Below the pieces are notes generated by a model. That model saw only the letters and a list, made by a program, of their open reading frames with translations, did no database searches and was not told where the DNA came from. This document shows positions 1-8,769 of a stretch of DNA of 64,000 nt, piece after piece; position 1 is the first letter of the stretch, and each line of letters starts with the position of its first letter. Origin of the DNA: an uncultured Eubacteriales bacterium (GTDB taxonomy: Bacteria > Bacillota > Clostridia > Oscillospirales > Oscillospiraceae); assembly GCA_900547745.1 (NCBI GenBank), contig URHT01000005.1, positions 18,838 to 82,837 of the forward strand. The letters run 5' to 3'. Position numbers and translations under genes: made by a program.

Positions 1-1067
1 CCCACCGTCAGCATGGTGTCGGTGGCGTCGAAAATTTTCAGCAGCGGCCCGGGGATCAGCAGGAACAGCGCCATACCGAACACCATAATACAGGAGGCGT
101 ACAGCGTGCTGCGTTTGATAGTCTCCACCATGCGCCGGCGGTTCTGCGCGCCGTAGTTGAAGGCCACGATGGGAATAACGCCGTTGTTCATGCCGAAAAT
201 GGGCATGAAAACAAAGGAATTCAGCTTGAAGTAAACGCCGAAGGCGGTGGCCGCCGTTTCGTGGGCGGAATGGTAGGTGATGAGGATCTTGTTCATCAGA
301 AACGTCATGACGGAGCCGATGGCGATCATGATGACGCTGGGCAGGCCGATGGCGTAGATCTCGCCGATGAGCCGCCAGTCGGGGCGGAAGCCCCGGAGAG
401 AGAGGGTAATGTCGGTGTTCTTCTTGTGGTTGAAATAGATGGCCAGCGCGCAGCCGCAGAACTGGCCGATGATGGTGGCCACGGCAGCGCCCGCCACGCC
501 CATGTCCAGTACGAAGATGAATACCGGATCGAGGATGATGTTGACGATGGCGCCCAGTCCCTGGGTATACATGCTCAGCAGGGAACGGCCTGTGCCCTGC
601 AGCAGCCGCTCATACATGATCTGGCAGAACATGCCCAGCGAGCCGATGGTGACGATGCGCAGGTAGTCGTTGCCCATGGCGATGATGCTCTCCACCTGCG
701 TCTGGGAGCGGAAGAACAGGTTGGAGCAGGTCAGACCCAGCAAGGCGGAGATGACGAAGCCCACCACGGCCAGAAAGATGCCGTTGTTGGCCACCCGGTC
801 GGCCCGCTCCCGCATACCCGCGCCCAGCGCACGGCCCATCAGGGCGTTGACGCCCACGGCGGTGCCGGTGGCCAGACCGATCATCAGATTCTGGGCGGGG
901 AAGGCCAGTGATACGGCGGTCAGCGCCTGCTCACTGACGCGGCTGACGAACACACTGTCCACGATGTTGTACAGCGCCTGCACCAGCATGGAGGCGATGA
1001 TGGGCAGGGACATATTCCAGATCAGCTTGGAAATGGGCATGGTGCCCAGCTTGTTTTCGTTCTGCAT
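1..1067 (-). CDS. MATE family efflux transporter (3' part runs off window)
   Basis: Minus-strand frame from ATG at 1067 (MQNENKLGTMPISKLIWNMSLPIIASMLVQALYNIVDSVFVS...), a typical MATE N-terminus; hydrophobic; no stop before window edge. Confidence 0.9.
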   Translation of the reverse strand, partial: MQNENKLGTMPISKLIWNMSLPIIASMLVQALYNIVDSVFVSRVSEQALTAVSLAFPAQNLMIGLATGTAVGVNALMGRALGAGMRERADRVANNGIFLAVVGFVISALLGLTCSNLFFRSQTQVESIIAMGNDYLRIVTIGSLGMFCQIMYERLLQGTGRSLLSMYTQGLGAIVNIILDPVFIFVLDMGVAGAAVATIIGQFCGCALAIYFNHKKNTDITLSLRGFRPDWRLIGEIYAIGLPSVIMIAIGSVMTFLMNKILITYHSAHETAATAFGVYFKLNSFVFMPIFGMNNGVIPIVAFNYGAQNRRRMVETIKRSTLYASCIMVFGMALFLLIPGPLLKIFDATDTMLTV

Positions 1068-1216
1068 AGCGGAGCCCTCTTTATGACATATACTTTCAGT
1101 TCTTTATTGTAGCATGTCCGGAGGGAAAAGGGAACCCCCGAATATGTACGGAGCGCACACATCCGGGGGTGAAATTTTGTGAAAAACCGGAAAAAATGTT
1201 TCGTGCGGCGAAGCAT

Positions 1217-2365
1217 TTACCGGCCCGCGAAGAAGGCGCGTATCTCCTCCGCCGTGCAGGCGGCGCTGCCCTGGGCGAAGCCGTCGCGCCCGCCGCCGCG
1301 GCCGTGGAGGGCGGCATTCATGTCCTTGATAAGCTGACGCAGGTCGCCGCCGCTCTCAATGACGGCGTACTGATAGCCGCCGTCGCTGCCGGCAAACACG
1401 GCGCAGCGCCCGCCCGCCGCTCTGGCGATGGCGTCGCACAGGCGGCGCACACCGTCGCCGTCCAGCTTCTCCGTGATGTGCAGGACGCTGCCGGCGTTCC
1501 GGTACTGCGCCGCCGTGTGGGAAAAGGCAGCTTCTTCCAGCCGGACGGCCTTCTCCTTGAGAGAGAGCAGCTCCCCCTGCAAGCGTTCCACGGCGGCGAA
1601 GGCATTTTGGGGCTTGACGGACAGTGCCTGACCGATCTGGCGGGCCTGCTCCCAGCCGCCAGACAGACAGTCCAGCGCCCGTTGACCGCACAGCAGCTCC
1701 AGCCGCACGCCGTCCCGGAGCCTCTGGCAGCTCAGCAGCTTTACCAGCCCCACCTGACCGCTGCGGGCCACATGGGTGCCGCAGCAGGCGCACCGATCCG
1801 CACCGGGGAACTCCGTGATCCGCACCGGGCCGGTCAGCTCCTTTTTGCTGCGATAGGGCAGAGCGGCCAGCTCCTCCGGGGAGGGGTACCAGATGTGGAT
1901 GGGGTGGTCGGCCCAGATATAAGCGTTGGCCTGCCGCTCCACCTCCAGCGCCTGTTCCCATGTGATGGGGGCGTTGTAGTCAATGGTGACCACGTCCGCG
2001 CCCATGTGGAAGCCCACATTGTCACAGTGGAAGGCGCTGCACAGCATGCCGGAGATGATATGCTCACCGGAGTGCTGCTGCATGTGGTCGAACCGCCGCG
2101 CCCAGTCGATATGGCCGCCCACCTCCGCGCCTACGGGCAACGCCCGGTCGCACAGGTGCGTGACGATGCCGTCTTGCTCGTGTACATCCAGCACGCGGGC
2201 ATTGCCCAGCGTGCCGTGGTCGGCAGGCTGGCCGCCGCCCTCGGGGTAGAAGGCGGTGCGGTCAAGGGTGACGGAAAAGCCGTTTTTCACGGTCTCGCAG
2301 GACGCCACCACGGCGGTGAAGTCCTGCGTATAGGCATTTTCGTAGTAGAGCTTGACGGTGTCCAT
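1217..2365 (-). CDS. AlaX-type alanyl-tRNA editing protein with C-terminal DHHA1 domain
   Basis: TAFYPEGGGQPAD, zinc motifs QQHSGEH and CCGTH, C-terminal GRGGG..FAQG; TGATG overlap with the aspS stop. Confidence 0.88.
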   Translation of the reverse strand: MDTVKLYYENAYTQDFTAVVASCETVKNGFSVTLDRTAFYPEGGGQPADHGTLGNARVLDVHEQDGIVTHLCDRALPVGAEVGGHIDWARRFDHMQQHSGEHIISGMLCSAFHCDNVGFHMGADVVTIDYNAPITWEQALEVERQANAYIWADHPIHIWYPSPEELAALPYRSKKELTGPVRITEFPGADRCACCGTHVARSGQVGLVKLLSCQRLRDGVRLELLCGQRALDCLSGGWEQARQIGQALSVKPQNAFAAVERLQGELLSLKEKAVRLEEAAFSHTAAQYRNAGSVLHITEKLDGDGVRRLCDAIARAAGGRCAVFAGSDGGYQYAVIESGGDLRQLIKDMNAALHGRGGGRDGFAQGSAACTAEEIRAFFAGR

Positions 2366-4149
2366 CAGTCATCCTTTTCCACGTCGCCCACGATGGCGAT
2401 GTGCAGCTCATCCAGCTGCTTCTGCTCCACGGTGGAGGGCGCGCCCATCATCACATCCTGCGCGTTCTTGTTCATGGGGAAGGGGATGATCTCGCGGATG
2501 GAGCTTTCACCGGCCAGCAGCATCACCATGCGGTCGACGCCCGGGGCGATGCCGGCATGGGGAGGCGCACCGTAGCAGAAGGCGTTGTACATGGCGGGGA
2601 ACTTCTTCTTCACGTCCTCCTCACCTAGACGCACCAGCTCGAAGGCCTTGATCATGATCTCGGGGTCGTGGTTCCGGACGGCGCCGCTGGACAGCTCCAC
2701 GCCGTTGCACACCAGATCGTACTGGTCGGCGGTGATGGTCAGGGGGTCGATCTCGCCCCGCTCGGCCTTCAGCAGTACCTCCAGCCCGCCGCTGGGCATG
2801 GAGAACGGGTTGTGGCAGAATTCCAGCTCGCCGGACTCATCGCCGATCTCGTACATGGGGAAGTCCACGATCCAGCAGAACTCGTAGCGCTCCTTGTCCA
2901 TGTGGCCCTCGCAGGCGGCGCCCAGCTTATTGCGCAGGACGCCGGCGGTCTTGATGGCCGCGCCCTTGTCACCGGCGGCCACGCCCACCAGCATATTGGG
3001 CTTCAGGCCCAGCTTGGCGGCGAGCGCCTCATGGCAGCCGCCCAAGAACTTGGCGATGCCGCCGGCCAGCTGGCCGTTCTCGTCCACCTTGAACCAGTAG
3101 GGCTTGCTGCCGGACTGCACCTCCACGTCGGTGCAAAGCTGGTCAATGGCCTTGCGGGTCAGGGTGCAGTCGCTGACGGCGATGGCCTTGACCACCTTTC
3201 CGTCGATCTGCTCGAAGCCGCAGCCCTTCACCTCACCGGAGATGTCGGTGAGGGTCAGGTCGATACGCAGATCGGGCTTATCGGAGCCGTAGGTCTCCAT
3301 AGCGTCGTTGTAGGCGATACGGCGGAACGGCGCGGCAGAGGCCACATTGTAGGTGCCATACTTGGCGAAGATGGGGGGCAGCACATCCTCCAGCACGGCG
3401 AAAACGTCGTCCTGGGTGGCGAAGGCCATCTCCATATCCAGCTGGTAGAACTCGCCGGGGGAGCGGTCGCCCCGGGCGTCCTCATCCCGGAAGCAGGGGG
3501 CGATCTGGAAGTAGCGGTCGAAGCCGGAGGTCATCAGCAGCTGCTTGAACTGCTGGGGGGCCTGGGGCAGCGCGTAGAACTTGCCGGGGTGCTTGCGGGC
3601 GGGCACCAGATAGTCCCGGGCGCCCTCGGGGGAGGAGGCGGTCAGGATCGGGGTGGTGATCTCCAGAAAGCCGTGGTCGGTCATGGCGGCGCGGAGGGCG
3701 GCCACCACCTGGCAGCGCAGGATGATGTTCTGCTTCACGGCGGGATTGCGGAGATCCAGATAGCGGTACTTCAGGCGCTGCAGCTCATCGGCCTCGCGGC
3801 TGCGGTTGATCTCAAAGGGCAGGGAGTTGTAGCGGCAGCGGCCCAGCACTTCGATTTTGCTGGGCACCACCTCGATGTCACCGGTGGCCTGCTTGGGGTT
3901 CTTGCTGGCGCGCTCCCGCACCACGCCCTCCACGCTGATGGTGGACTCCTTGTTCAGGTCGCGGATGACGGCCATCATATCCTCCGTCTCCACCACGATC
4001 TGGGTGGTGCCGTAGAAGTCGCGGAGCACCACGAAGGCGAAGTTCTGACCCACGGCGCGGACGTTCTCCATCCAGCCCACCAGCTTCACGGACTGGCCCA
4101 CATGCTCCAGCCGCAGCTCGTTGCAGGTATGTGTGCGCATCTGCATCAT
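2365..4149 (-). CDS. aspS: aspartate--tRNA ligase
   Basis: MRTHTCNELR, RLKYRYLDLR, LPQAPQQFKQLLM, CFRDED, GAPPHAGIAPGVDR class IIb motifs. Confidence 0.97.
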   Translation of the reverse strand: MMQMRTHTCNELRLEHVGQSVKLVGWMENVRAVGQNFAFVVLRDFYGTTQIVVETEDMMAVIRDLNKESTISVEGVVRERASKNPKQATGDIEVVPSKIEVLGRCRYNSLPFEINRSREADELQRLKYRYLDLRNPAVKQNIILRCQVVAALRAAMTDHGFLEITTPILTASSPEGARDYLVPARKHPGKFYALPQAPQQFKQLLMTSGFDRYFQIAPCFRDEDARGDRSPGEFYQLDMEMAFATQDDVFAVLEDVLPPIFAKYGTYNVASAAPFRRIAYNDAMETYGSDKPDLRIDLTLTDISGEVKGCGFEQIDGKVVKAIAVSDCTLTRKAIDQLCTDVEVQSGSKPYWFKVDENGQLAGGIAKFLGGCHEALAAKLGLKPNMLVGVAAGDKGAAIKTAGVLRNKLGAACEGHMDKERYEFCWIVDFPMYEIGDESGELEFCHNPFSMPSGGLEVLLKAERGEIDPLTITADQYDLVCNGVELSSGAVRNHDPEIMIKAFELVRLGEEDVKKKFPAMYNAFCYGAPPHAGIAPGVDRMVMLLAGESSIREIIPFPMNKNAQDVMMGAPSTVEQKQLDELHIAIVGDVEKDD

Positions 4150-4235
4150 TGTTTTGTCCTCCTATTGTGATAATGTTTTGTATAATAAAAAGCAAATATT
4201 ACGAATGGTTTTCGGATTTGGCGCGTTGGCGTGGG

Positions 4236-5594
4236 TTATTTCTCCACGATGACCGTGCCTGCATTCCGGGCGTCGAGGCCGCGACGGATGAGGCCCAGCG
4301 TCTCGTCAAAGGGCAGGGTGGTCTGCTGGCCGGAGGCCATGTCCTTGCAGGCCACCACGTTCCCGGCGATCTCGTCGTCGCCCAGAAACACCACATAGGG
4401 TACACCCAGCTTGTCGGCGTAGCTCATCTTGGCCTTGAACTTCTTCTGCTCGGTGTAGAGCTGGGTGCGGACACCGGCGGCGCGCAGGCGGGTGGCCAGC
4501 GTTACGGCGGGGGCCAGCTCGGCGGTCATGGGCAGGATCAGCACGTCGGCGGGGGCGGTGGGGAGGCCGGGGTTCAGCATGCCCTGCTCGCCCAGTACAT
4601 AGAAAAGACGGGTCAGGCCGATGGAGATGCCCACGCCGGGCAGCTGCTTGTCGGTGTAGTACTCCGCCAGATTGTCGTACCGGCCGCCGGAGCAGACGGA
4701 GCCGATCTCCGGGTGATCCAGCAGCGTTGTCTCATACACCGTGCCGGTGTAGTAATCCAGTCCACGGGCGATGGTCAGGTCTACGGCGAAGTTCTCCGCC
4801 GGAACACCGAAGGCGGACAGGTATTTTACCACGGTGTTCAGCTGGTCAAGACCCTCGTCGAACACCTCGTTGCGGCCCCGGTAGGATTCCAGCGCGGCCA
4901 GCACCTGCTCGTTGCCGCCGGTGATGGCGATGAACTTCAGGATCTCATCGGCGCTTTCGGCGGACACGCCCACCTCGTCCGTCAGCAGTGTCCGCACCTT
5001 CTCCGCGCCGATCTTGTCCAGCTTGTCCACGGTGCGCATGATGTCGCCGGACCGCGCCGTCAGGCCCAGCATGGCGTAAAAGCCGTTGAGGATCTTCCGG
5101 TTGTTGACGCGGATCTGGAACCGCTTCAGGCCCAGCGAGGTAAAGGTCTGGTAGATGATGGCGGGGATCTCCGCCTCGTTGGTGATATCCAGCTTCCCGT
5201 CGCCGATGATGTCAATGTCTGCCTGATAGAATTCCCGGAAGCGGCCCCGCTGGGCGCGCTCGCCCCGATAGACCTTGCCGATCTGGTAGCGGCGGAAGGG
5301 GAAGGACAGGTCGTTGTAGTGCAGGGCCACATACTTGGCCAGCGGTACGGTCAGGTCGAAGCGCAGCGCCAGATCGGCGTCACCCTTCTGAAAGCGGTAG
5401 ATCTGCTTCTCCGTCTCGCCGCCGCCCTTGGCCAGCAGCACCTCGCTGGCCTCGATCACCGGCGTGTCCAGCGGCGTGAAGCCGTACAGGCTGTATGTGT
5501 GCCGGAGGATATCCATCATTCGCTCCATCTGCTGCTGGGGCTGAGGCAGCAGCTCCATAAAGCCCGAGAGGGTGCGGGGTGTCATCTTACTCAT
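4236..5594 (-). CDS. hisS: histidine--tRNA ligase
   Basis: LALRFDLTVP, YRGERAQRGRFREFYQ, ARGLDYYTG, SGGRYD; start placed at MSKMTPRT after a purine-rich RBS. Confidence 0.96.
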   Translation of the reverse strand: MSKMTPRTLSGFMELLPQPQQQMERMMDILRHTYSLYGFTPLDTPVIEASEVLLAKGGGETEKQIYRFQKGDADLALRFDLTVPLAKYVALHYNDLSFPFRRYQIGKVYRGERAQRGRFREFYQADIDIIGDGKLDITNEAEIPAIIYQTFTSLGLKRFQIRVNNRKILNGFYAMLGLTARSGDIMRTVDKLDKIGAEKVRTLLTDEVGVSAESADEILKFIAITGGNEQVLAALESYRGRNEVFDEGLDQLNTVVKYLSAFGVPAENFAVDLTIARGLDYYTGTVYETTLLDHPEIGSVCSGGRYDNLAEYYTDKQLPGVGISIGLTRLFYVLGEQGMLNPGLPTAPADVLILPMTAELAPAVTLATRLRAAGVRTQLYTEQKKFKAKMSYADKLGVPYVVFLGDDEIAGNVVACKDMASGQQTTLPFDETLGLIRRGLDARNAGTVIVEK

Positions 5595-6063
5595 TTTCCG
5601 TCTCTCCTTTATCCTCTGTGTTTTCCGTTTCCTCTGTGCTGCCGTCTGTAATGGCGGCGTCCGCGCCATGCTCCAGCGTGTGGGACGCGGCTTCCCGCGC
5701 GGCCTCGGCCTCCGCCTCGTGCTTCAGCTCCCACGCCACCTCGCGGTAGATGTTGTCCAGCTCCACGCCCTTCTTTTTTCCGGCGCGGCCCATGATGACG
5801 CCGCCGATGACCGCCAGCACGATCCAGACGTACCAGATGCGGGGGAGGGCCACCGCCAGCACGCAGAAGGGCAGGATGCCCAGCCATGCGCCCATCTCGG
5901 CGTAGTTCTCCTCCACGGCGTGGTAAATGCCCTTCTTCTCCCGGATGGCGGCGGTCTTTTTCAGCTGCGCCCGGCACATGCCAAGACGCAGCAGCGCCAG
6001 CGCCGTCAGGGGAATGAAGACGTCGTAGGTGTGGGTGTTGATGAAATCGATCACTTTCTGCAT
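5587..6063 (-). CDS. hypothetical membrane protein (about 3 TM segments, acidic tail)
   Basis: ATG at 6063 after AAAGGAG; hydrophobic stretches; overlaps the hisS start by 8 nt. Confidence 0.75.
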   Translation of the reverse strand: MQKVIDFINTHTYDVFIPLTALALLRLGMCRAQLKKTAAIREKKGIYHAVEENYAEMGAWLGILPFCVLAVALPRIWYVWIVLAVIGGVIMGRAGKKKGVELDNIYREVAWELKHEAEAEAAREAASHTLEHGADAAITDGSTEETENTEDKGETENE

Positions 6064-6101
6064 AGTTTCTCCTTTTCGGCGCCACGGAGCGGGAAAGCGA
6101 T

Positions 6102-6335
6102 GAAAAAACGCTCCCGTCCCCTGTGTTGGGACGAGAGCGTAGAAACACTTCGTGGTGCCACCCAATTTCAGCCGCCATGCGGCCCTTTCTGCTCCTGTTA
6201 CGGGGAGCACGCCGTGGATGTTTCCATCCCCGCTCGTCTGCTGTCTTGGCCCGTTCTGCCGCGGTGCGCTTTCAGCCGGCGGCGCACCTCTCTGCTGGCG
6301 GCGTTGTGCGGGTTACTCCTGCAGATTCAACGCGG
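6102..6335 (-). promoter_or_regulatory. T-box riboswitch, probable Asp (GAC) specifier
   Basis: Minus strand: stem I with AGTA, AGAGAG and GCTGAAAG elements; GAC at 6245-6243; T-box AATTGGGTGGCACCACG (6167-6151); terminator ACGCTCTCGTCCC...GGGACGGGAGCGTTTTTT. Confidence 0.9.
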
Positions 6336-6379
6336 TTGTCCCTTATTCTATGCGATTATCCGCCCGTTGTCAAGGCGCT

Positions 6380-6796
6380 TTACGCGGTGAAGGGCTTGCT
6401 CTTGGGGTTTACGATGTCGCGCCAGTCCAGATAGCCCTGATCCAGACCCAGCACCAGCATTTCGGCGGTGGCCAGATTGCTGGCAAAGGGGATGTTGTTC
6501 TGGTCGCACAGGCGGGAGATGTAGGTCACATCCTCGTCGGCGGTCTTCTGGTTGGGGTCGCCGAAGCACAGCACCATGTCGATCTCGTTGTAGGCGATGC
6601 GGGCCGCGATCTGCTGGCCGCCGCCGTGGGCAAAGGAGAGGAACCGGTGGATGGTCAGACCGGTGGCCTCGGCGATCTGCTGGCCGGTGCGGGCGGTGGC
6701 GCAGAGGGTGTGCTTGGCCAGTATGCCGCAGTAGGCGGTGCAGAACTGCACCATCAGCTCTTTCTTGTTGTCATGCGCCATCAAAGCGATATTCAT
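6380..6796 (-). CDS. mgsA: methylglyoxal synthase-like protein (catalytic residues degenerate)
   Basis: MNIALMAHDNKK, GGxQQ, FxDP and NIPFASNLATA match the MgsA fold pattern. Confidence 0.8.
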   Translation of the reverse strand: MNIALMAHDNKKELMVQFCTAYCGILAKHTLCATARTGQQIAEATGLTIHRFLSFAHGGGQQIAARIAYNEIDMVLCFGDPNQKTADEDVTYISRLCDQNNIPFASNLATAEMLVLGLDQGYLDWRDIVNPKSKPFTA

Positions 6797-6816
6797 AAGG
6801 GGCGCTCCTTTCTCCG

Positions 6817-7554
6817 TTATATCTTCATCAGGGGCACTTTGCGGCCCATGATGCGTTTGGCAATGTTTTCGTAGGCCCGGGCGGCATAGTAGTTGCGATC
6901 GCGCAGCACCAGCCCCCGGTTCAGGCAGTAGGGGACATCCTCGTCCTCCGGAATGACGCCCAGCAGGGGCAGTCCGGCGGTGTCGATGGCGTCGTCGATG
7001 GTGGTATGCAGCGCCCGCAGGGTCTTGCGGGAGACGCGGCCCACCACCAGATGCACGGCGTTGGCCGGAAAGGCGGACAGCTCCATGGCGGTGCGCTGGG
7101 CGTCCCGCATGGCGGAGATGTCGGTGGTGGTGACAACGATGACCTGATCAGCCATACAGGCGGCCATCTTGAAGCCCTGCCCCAGTCCGGCGGGGGCGTC
7201 CATCAGGCACCAGTCATACCGTTCCCGTATCTCGCGGGCCAGCGCCGCCAGCTGCCGTACCGTCAGCGCCAGCGGCTTGTCGGCCATGGGCGCGGTCAGC
7301 AGATCCAGCGTGGGGTACTGCTCATGGGTCACAGCGGCCTGCTCCAGCGTGCAGCGCGCCGCCAGCACATCGGAGAAGTCCATCAGCGCACGGTCGCTGA
7401 GGCCCAGCGCCAGATCCAGATTCCGCAGGGTGATGTCGCAGTCCATGCAAAGGACATGCTGGCCAAGGGAGGCCAGCGCCAGTCCGGTATTGGCGGTGAA
7501 GGATGTCTTGCCGGTGCCGCCCTTGCCGGAGACGACGGCGATGATCTTTCCCAT
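6817..7554 (-). CDS. minD: septum site-determining ATPase MinD-like
   Basis: SGKGGTGKTS, LRNLDLALG, DAPAG, AMRDA, ENIAKRI. Confidence 0.85.
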   Translation of the reverse strand: MGKIIAVVSGKGGTGKTSFTANTGLALASLGQHVLCMDCDITLRNLDLALGLSDRALMDFSDVLAARCTLEQAAVTHEQYPTLDLLTAPMADKPLALTVRQLAALAREIRERYDWCLMDAPAGLGQGFKMAACMADQVIVVTTTDISAMRDAQRTAMELSAFPANAVHLVVGRVSRKTLRALHTTIDDAIDTAGLPLLGVIPEDEDVPYCLNRGLVLRDRNYYAARAYENIAKRIMGRKVPLMKI

Positions 7555-7580
7555 GTGACCCTCCTTTCCGGGTGATGCCG

Positions 7581-8279
7581 CTATTTCAACGGCGCTTTTT
7601 TCATACGGGCAAAGCTGCGGGGGTAGACGGCTGGGGTGTCCTTGACCTTTTCGATGACCACCAGCCGGTGGCGCACCTGCGTCTGCGGCACGGTGTAGTC
7701 CCGGATGGCGGCGATGCGGCCGCCCAGTTGGCCCGCGGCGCCCCGCGCACCGTCGATCTCCTCATCAGAGGAGACGGATTTCATGGCCAGGAACTGCCCG
7801 CCCACCTTTACCAGCGGCAGCGTCAGCTCGCACAGCAGGTTCAGGTTGGCCACGGCACGGGAGGCGGCGATGTCGTACTGCTGTCGGTGGCCGGCGGCGT
7901 ATTCCTCGGCACGGGCGTGAACACAGTCCGTCCGCGCCAGCGATAGGGAGGCGCACACCTCCCGGAGGAAGTCGACGCGCTTGCCAAGACTGTCCAGCAG
8001 CGTCAGGTCGAAGTCCGGCTCCAGGATCCGCAGCACCATGCCGGGGAACCCGGCGCCGGTGCCCACGTCGATGACCCGCTTGCCCCGCAGGTCTGCCATG
8101 GTCAGCAGCGCGGCGCAGTCCAGCAGGTGCAGGGTGGCCACCTCCTGCGGCGCCGTGATGGCTGTCAGGTTCATGACCTTGTTTTTCTCCAGCAGCAGCG
8201 CGGCGTAGGCCTCCAGCTGGGGCACGGCGTCTGCGGGCAGGCCCAGCTGTGCCAGTCCCCGCGTCAGGATATCTCTCAT
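7581..8279 (-). CDS. rsmG: 16S rRNA m7G527 methyltransferase
   Basis: MNLTAIT, DVGTGAGFPG, HARAEE, SRAVA. Confidence 0.95.
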   Translation of the reverse strand: MRDILTRGLAQLGLPADAVPQLEAYAALLLEKNKVMNLTAITAPQEVATLHLLDCAALLTMADLRGKRVIDVGTGAGFPGMVLRILEPDFDLTLLDSLGKRVDFLREVCASLSLARTDCVHARAEEYAAGHRQQYDIAASRAVANLNLLCELTLPLVKVGGQFLAMKSVSSDEEIDGARGAAGQLGGRIAAIRDYTVPQTQVRHRLVVIEKVKDTPAVYPRSFARMKKAPLK

Positions 8280-8701
8280 TTCTGCTGCTCTTTCAGCAGG
8301 TCGCGGATCTCGGTGAGCAGCTCCTCCGCAGTGGGGGCGTCAGGCTCCTCCGGCGCGGGCTCCTCGTCCTTTTTGCCCAGAGAGTGCAGCTTATTTATAC
8401 CCTTGACCAGCAGGAACATGGCGAAGGCCACAATAATGAAATCCAGGATCACAGCCAGCAGATTGCCGATGCCCAGCGTGACGGGGTCGGCCCCGGCCTC
8501 CACGGCGGCGCTGTTGAGCAGGATGTTCCACTGGGTCAGGTCGATGCCGCCGGTGATGAGCCCGATCAGGGGCATGATGATGTCGTTGACGACAGAGGTG
8601 GTGATCTTGCCGAAGGCGGCGCCGATCACAACACCGATGGCCATGTCCAGCACGTTGCCGCGCATGGCAAAGGTCTTAAATTCGTTGAAAAATTTCTTCA
8701 T
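8276..8701 (-). CDS. mscL: large-conductance mechanosensitive channel
   Basis: EFKTFAMRGNVLDMAIGVVIGAAFGKI ... LLTEIRDLL. Confidence 0.97.
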   Translation of the reverse strand: MKKFFNEFKTFAMRGNVLDMAIGVVIGAAFGKITTSVVNDIIMPLIGLITGGIDLTQWNILLNSAAVEAGADPVTLGIGNLLAVILDFIIVAFAMFLLVKGINKLHSLGKKDEEPAPEEPDAPTAEELLTEIRDLLKEQQK

Positions 8702-8769
8702 GGATCAAATTCTCCTATACGAACCGTATAAACTCTATAAAATACTACGATACGCTATCAAGGCTCTGC

